Assembly: GCA_037447605.1 (NCBI GenBank)
Contig: CM074813.1
Location: 1,240,001 to 1,304,000 of the forward strand
Length of the DNA: 64,000 nucleotides
Origin: Zygnema circumcarinatum SAG 698-1b
Lineage: Eukaryota; Plantae; Zygnematophyceae
Direction of reading: 5' to 3'
Positions within the stretch are counted from its first letter, which is position 1; every line of letters begins with the position of its first letter. Shown here one piece after another: positions 60,301 to 64,000 of this stretch. A model generated the notes under the pieces. It did no database searches, was not told the DNA's origin, and worked only from the letters and a program-made list of their open reading frames with translations. A program made the position numbers and the translations under genes.

Positions 60301-63300
60301 TCTGACTGTTCTTCAGACTTTTGATGCAACGATTAGGGAAAGAAAGTTATGTTCAACGCCTTGGGTTCTCGGTTGTTCAACGATTGAATGAGGTGGGTTG
60401 CAGTGCAAACCTTGGCCCAGAGAGGAGACTTCTGAGAGGCACATGGGAAGGTTGGGGCCTTCAATCTCCACCGCTTTCTGATGTGGACCGCAAAGTGCGA
60501 GCTCTGCTGCTTGAGCTTGGGCGGCAAGGGAAAGTGCTGGGCATACAGGTGTGGAGTGATGCACATCTCAGCAGTTCATATGTCGTCAGTCATGTCCACA
60601 TACAAGCAATTGGGGCACACACAGAAATCAGGCCCCTGCGTGAATGTATTCGACTGGGGATTTGATTGTACTGATCCCCAGGATGGCAATTGGATTTAGT
60701 TTGTTAGTTTTGATGTAGTTCCGTGACTAGAGAAGCTCTTCAGTCGTTCAGTTCACTGTACATGTTGGCTTGTCAAATTTTGAGAATGACCGTTTCTCTA
60801 AGACTGGTTTAGTTTTCCCCATGGTCGTAACAATGTTAGAAAAATTCACAACCATGGTGCATATTCCCCAACTTGCACCCTATGTTCCTAAAGCCAATAA
60901 GCTCGCACTAATTGCAGTGCAGGATGTATTTCTCCACGTGTGTTTACGACCATGTCTGAAGCAGCAGCAAGGGGCAGTGCAGGTGTGTGCGTACAAGGCT
61001 GGCAGAGTGGTAGTGGACGTCTCTGCAGGAGTGATGGGCCCATATGACCCTCGCCCTGTGCAGCCCAACAGCCTTTTCTCCGTGTTCTCTGCAACCAAAG
61101 GAGTGGCAGCTGCGATGGTGCATTGGTTGGCGGACCGCGGGTAAGTGCAGCCTCTTTCAATGGCATACTGCAGCCATAGTTCTCCTTTTTCAAGCCCGTA
61201 TGAACATGCATGGCAGAGCGTATTCGGGCTCACACGAGCAGTCCCTCTCTGCAATTCTCTTGTAGGCTGCTGCCCCATGCCTCGCTGAATGACCCTTAAT
61301 GCCAAGTGAACGAAAAATGTGCAATTGTGCTTTCAGCCCTTTTTTGCTATTCGTCCCCCTCTGCTGCACCAGCTTCGCAGCTGATTGGGCTTCTTGGAAT
61401 GTTTGTTACTTGGGGGGGGGGGTGTGGGAGGGAGGGGATTCTGTAGGACTGTGCAGCTCGATGCCCAAATGGCGTCATTCTGGCCGGAGTTTGCCGCAAA
61501 CGGGAAAGAGCAGTGTACGGTGAGGAATCAAGTTCAAGGAAGGAGGAAGGAGTTTGAAGGGAACCCGTACTGCCTTGATTATTTCATACTGACAATTATT
61601 CCGATGTTTAGTTCTGACAGTAGAAACAAATTGGACTGCTTGATGTTCTGGCATTCAACAAGCAGGGAATCCATTGCTTGTCTCTGCGCACCATGCATCT
61701 AACAAACTGCTATAGATGGTGCCACTGGGAGAAAGGTTAGTGGGTTCTGGAGGCATTTTTTCCTGTCCTGCAATCTGATGGGAGAGGAGGTTGGAGGGAG
61801 AGGGGGCAGGTGGCGCATGCGCTGACGCATCGTGCAGGGCTGCAGAACGCCCTTGCGCGGCTCCTTCTCGCGCATCCCATGACCATGTGCAACTGGGAGG
61901 ACATGTTGGCAGCCATAGCCATGGAGGCCCCCGAGCATCATCCAGGCATGCAGGAGGCCTACCACTACCTCACGTTTGGATGGCTTCTGGGCGGCATCGT
62001 GGAAGTAAGGCCATGTCCTGGTCATGGCTGCCTAGTACAGATGCCCTGCGTTGTAGCCAATCCATACAGTAAGAGTCCTTGGGGATCGGAGTGTGTGAAC
62101 TGGAAGAGGAATGCTCGTTAAGTCCTTTTGAAAGGTAATTGGGCATCACGTCTTGAGACTACAAATGGAGGGAAAGGGGATTTGTACATTTGGGGGGCGG
62201 GGGACGGGTGAACCAGACTACAAGCGCGAGGGGTTGACGGGTATGGAGAGACATACGCCGCCGACTCCTTGACTAACCGTCCTCAGTAGTAGGCTTAATG
62301 TCTTCAGAGCATGGAGGTTTGGGCGGGAGAAGGTCAATGGGGAGGGGGTCATTGATGGGGGGGGGCTCTGACATCAAGCATGTGTTTTTGGAGCAGAAAG
62401 CGTCAGGACGAAAGTTCAAGGATGTGCTCGAGGATGCATTCGTCAAGCCGTTAGGAGTGCAGGGGGAGTTCTACATCGGTATTCCTCCGGGTGAGAATAT
62501 TGTTGCTCTGATTGATGCCGTGCATTGTTGATTGTCAATTTAGGAGCGAGTCTGGATAAGGTCTGGCCTCGATGAAGTATGCAGGAGGCAGATATACAAT
62601 TGAATATCTATCTGTCTAAGCTATTAGTTGACGCAATATTCCGATGGACACCGGCTGAACGAGACGATCGAAATCATTTTGCTACATATTTCTCTGGGTG
62701 CATCAATGCACTGCCTACCTACAGTTGTTGACAAACCCAGAGCCAGCAAGTTCATCTCAAAGAGAAGTTCCTTTTTTGCATCCTAGCTTCACTTCTCTTC
62801 TCAACTAAAACTCTGTTAGAATGTGCATTAAGTGCTCTCTCCCTCTCCCTCTCCCTCTCTCTCTCCCTCTCCCTCTCCCTCTCCCTCTCCCTCTCCCNNN
62901 NNNNNNNCCCTCTCCCTCTCCCTCTCCCTCTCTCTCTCCCTCCCTCCCTCTCTCCCTCTCCTCCCTCTCCTCCCTCCCCTTCCTCCCCTCCCCCCTCCCT
63001 CCCTCCCTGCCTCCCTCAATCCCTCCTCTCTCTCTCTCTTTTCCCGCGCTTTTTTTCCTAGTAAAGTACTTACGGAACTCCAGCAACCGCATGGTCTTAC
63101 TGTCGGCACATGTCTTTTCCTGCAGGTGTCGAGTCTCGGCTGACCACTCTGGTGATGGACAAAGATGAGCTCCAAGGGGAGGGCAGCATGTCCATGAGGG
63201 CTCGCCTCGCAGAGGTGGCGCAGCAGAGGCGTGCCGAGGGCCTGCAGGATCCGCCCCTTCCAGCCTCCTCTGCCGCTGATTTGGCAGCGGCAGCTGCCCC

Positions 63301-64000
63301 TCTTCCCCTACTTTTTAACACTCTCTTCATTCGCCGTGCTGTGATTCCGGCAGCAAATGGCCACTTTTCTGCACGTGCACTTGCGCGATTCTATGCGGCA
63401 CTAGCAGGGAACGGTCAGGTCCCAGAGCTTCCCACGTCAAGCACTCCTCCTTTGGGGCAGGCGCAGCAGTTGCCCGAGGTGGCTGAGGAGAACAAAGTGG
63501 AGGGCAGTGAGAGGGCCCGAACCGGCTTGAGGTTGAGAGCTCAAGATAAGGTGAAGATGATGCTAGGCAGGAACAAGGGAGCCGAAGGTGAAGGGAAGGG
63601 AAAGCAGGACATAGAGCTCGACGGCCTTTTGTCAGTCAATCAGACCTCGGAAGAACGGGAGAAGCACCTGCTGTTTCTGAATCCGAACATTGTAGACGCC
63701 TTCGTTGCTGGAGGCGAATACAGCCATTTGTCTCCTTCTACCGCCAACTTTGGACTGGGATTTCAGCTTTTCCATTCTCCAGTGGACTCTCCGCCCGGTC
63801 TTGGCCGAAACTTGGAGCCGCTTCAAAGGAAGCCTTCTTTGCAGAGGAAGCCGGCCTTTGGGCACGCAGGTCTCGGCGGTTCCGTGGCCTTTTGTGATCC
63901 GGAAAGCCAGTTTTCTATTGCTGTGACATTGAACAAGCTGACTCAGCGAGGCGAGGTGGCAGCGGCCATCGTGCGGTTGGTCTGCTCTGAGTTGGGAGTG
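54379..64000 (+). CDS. ABC1K11: ABC1/UbiB atypical kinase fused to a C-terminal beta-lactamase-fold (serine hydrolase) domain; 18 exons in window, runs off the 3' end
   Basis: RRLSVFAVALRVFLDYK, GLWVKAGQYLSTRADVLP, LATASIAQVH, VVKVQH, DGFFNADPHPGN, LLDFG; then QVCAYKAG...PVQPNSLFSVFSATKG (SxxK), YHYLTFGWL, IPAANGHFSARALARFYA, FGHAGLGGS, LNKL. The last exon is open from 63126 to the window end. Architecture matches Arabidopsis At5g24810 as recalled. Confidence 0.93.
62836..63040. repeat. Pyrimidine (CCCTCT/CT)n tract with a 10-N gap (62898-62907) in an ABC1K intron
   Basis: Direct inspection; similar C-rich duplicated flanks surround the gap at 30444-30453. Confidence 0.85.

Overview
This is eukaryotic nuclear DNA from an intron-rich streptophyte alga. 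A zygnematophyte such as Closterium is my inference, based on land-plant-like orthologues including OEP37, a plastid ndhE and short dense introns. The 10-N gaps indicate a short-read draft assembly. Hand splicing recovers seven multi-exon genes that the ORF track shows only in fragments: alpha-adaptin/AP2A (+, 5'-truncated), INO80B/IES2 (-), 5-oxoprolinase (-), NAA15 (-), NAP1-related histone chaperone (+), a divergent OEP37 (-) and an ABC1 kinase/beta-lactamase-fold fusion (+, 3'-truncated). Three exact 1822-bp plastid ndhE-psaC units sit in one AP2A intron. They are most likely an assembly loop nucleated on a real ~150-bp diverged NUPT. The most interesting signals are (1) a recurring inverted pair of CCAAT-N9/10-(C)CACG boxes (ERSE-like) with near-constant geometry, found in two gene promoters and in the core of a 944-bp foldback transposon, and (2) at least 7 GC-AG introns among about 118. 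No CRISPR, rRNA or tRNA was seen. I found no convincing new protein system. Orthologue comparisons are from memory, not database searches.
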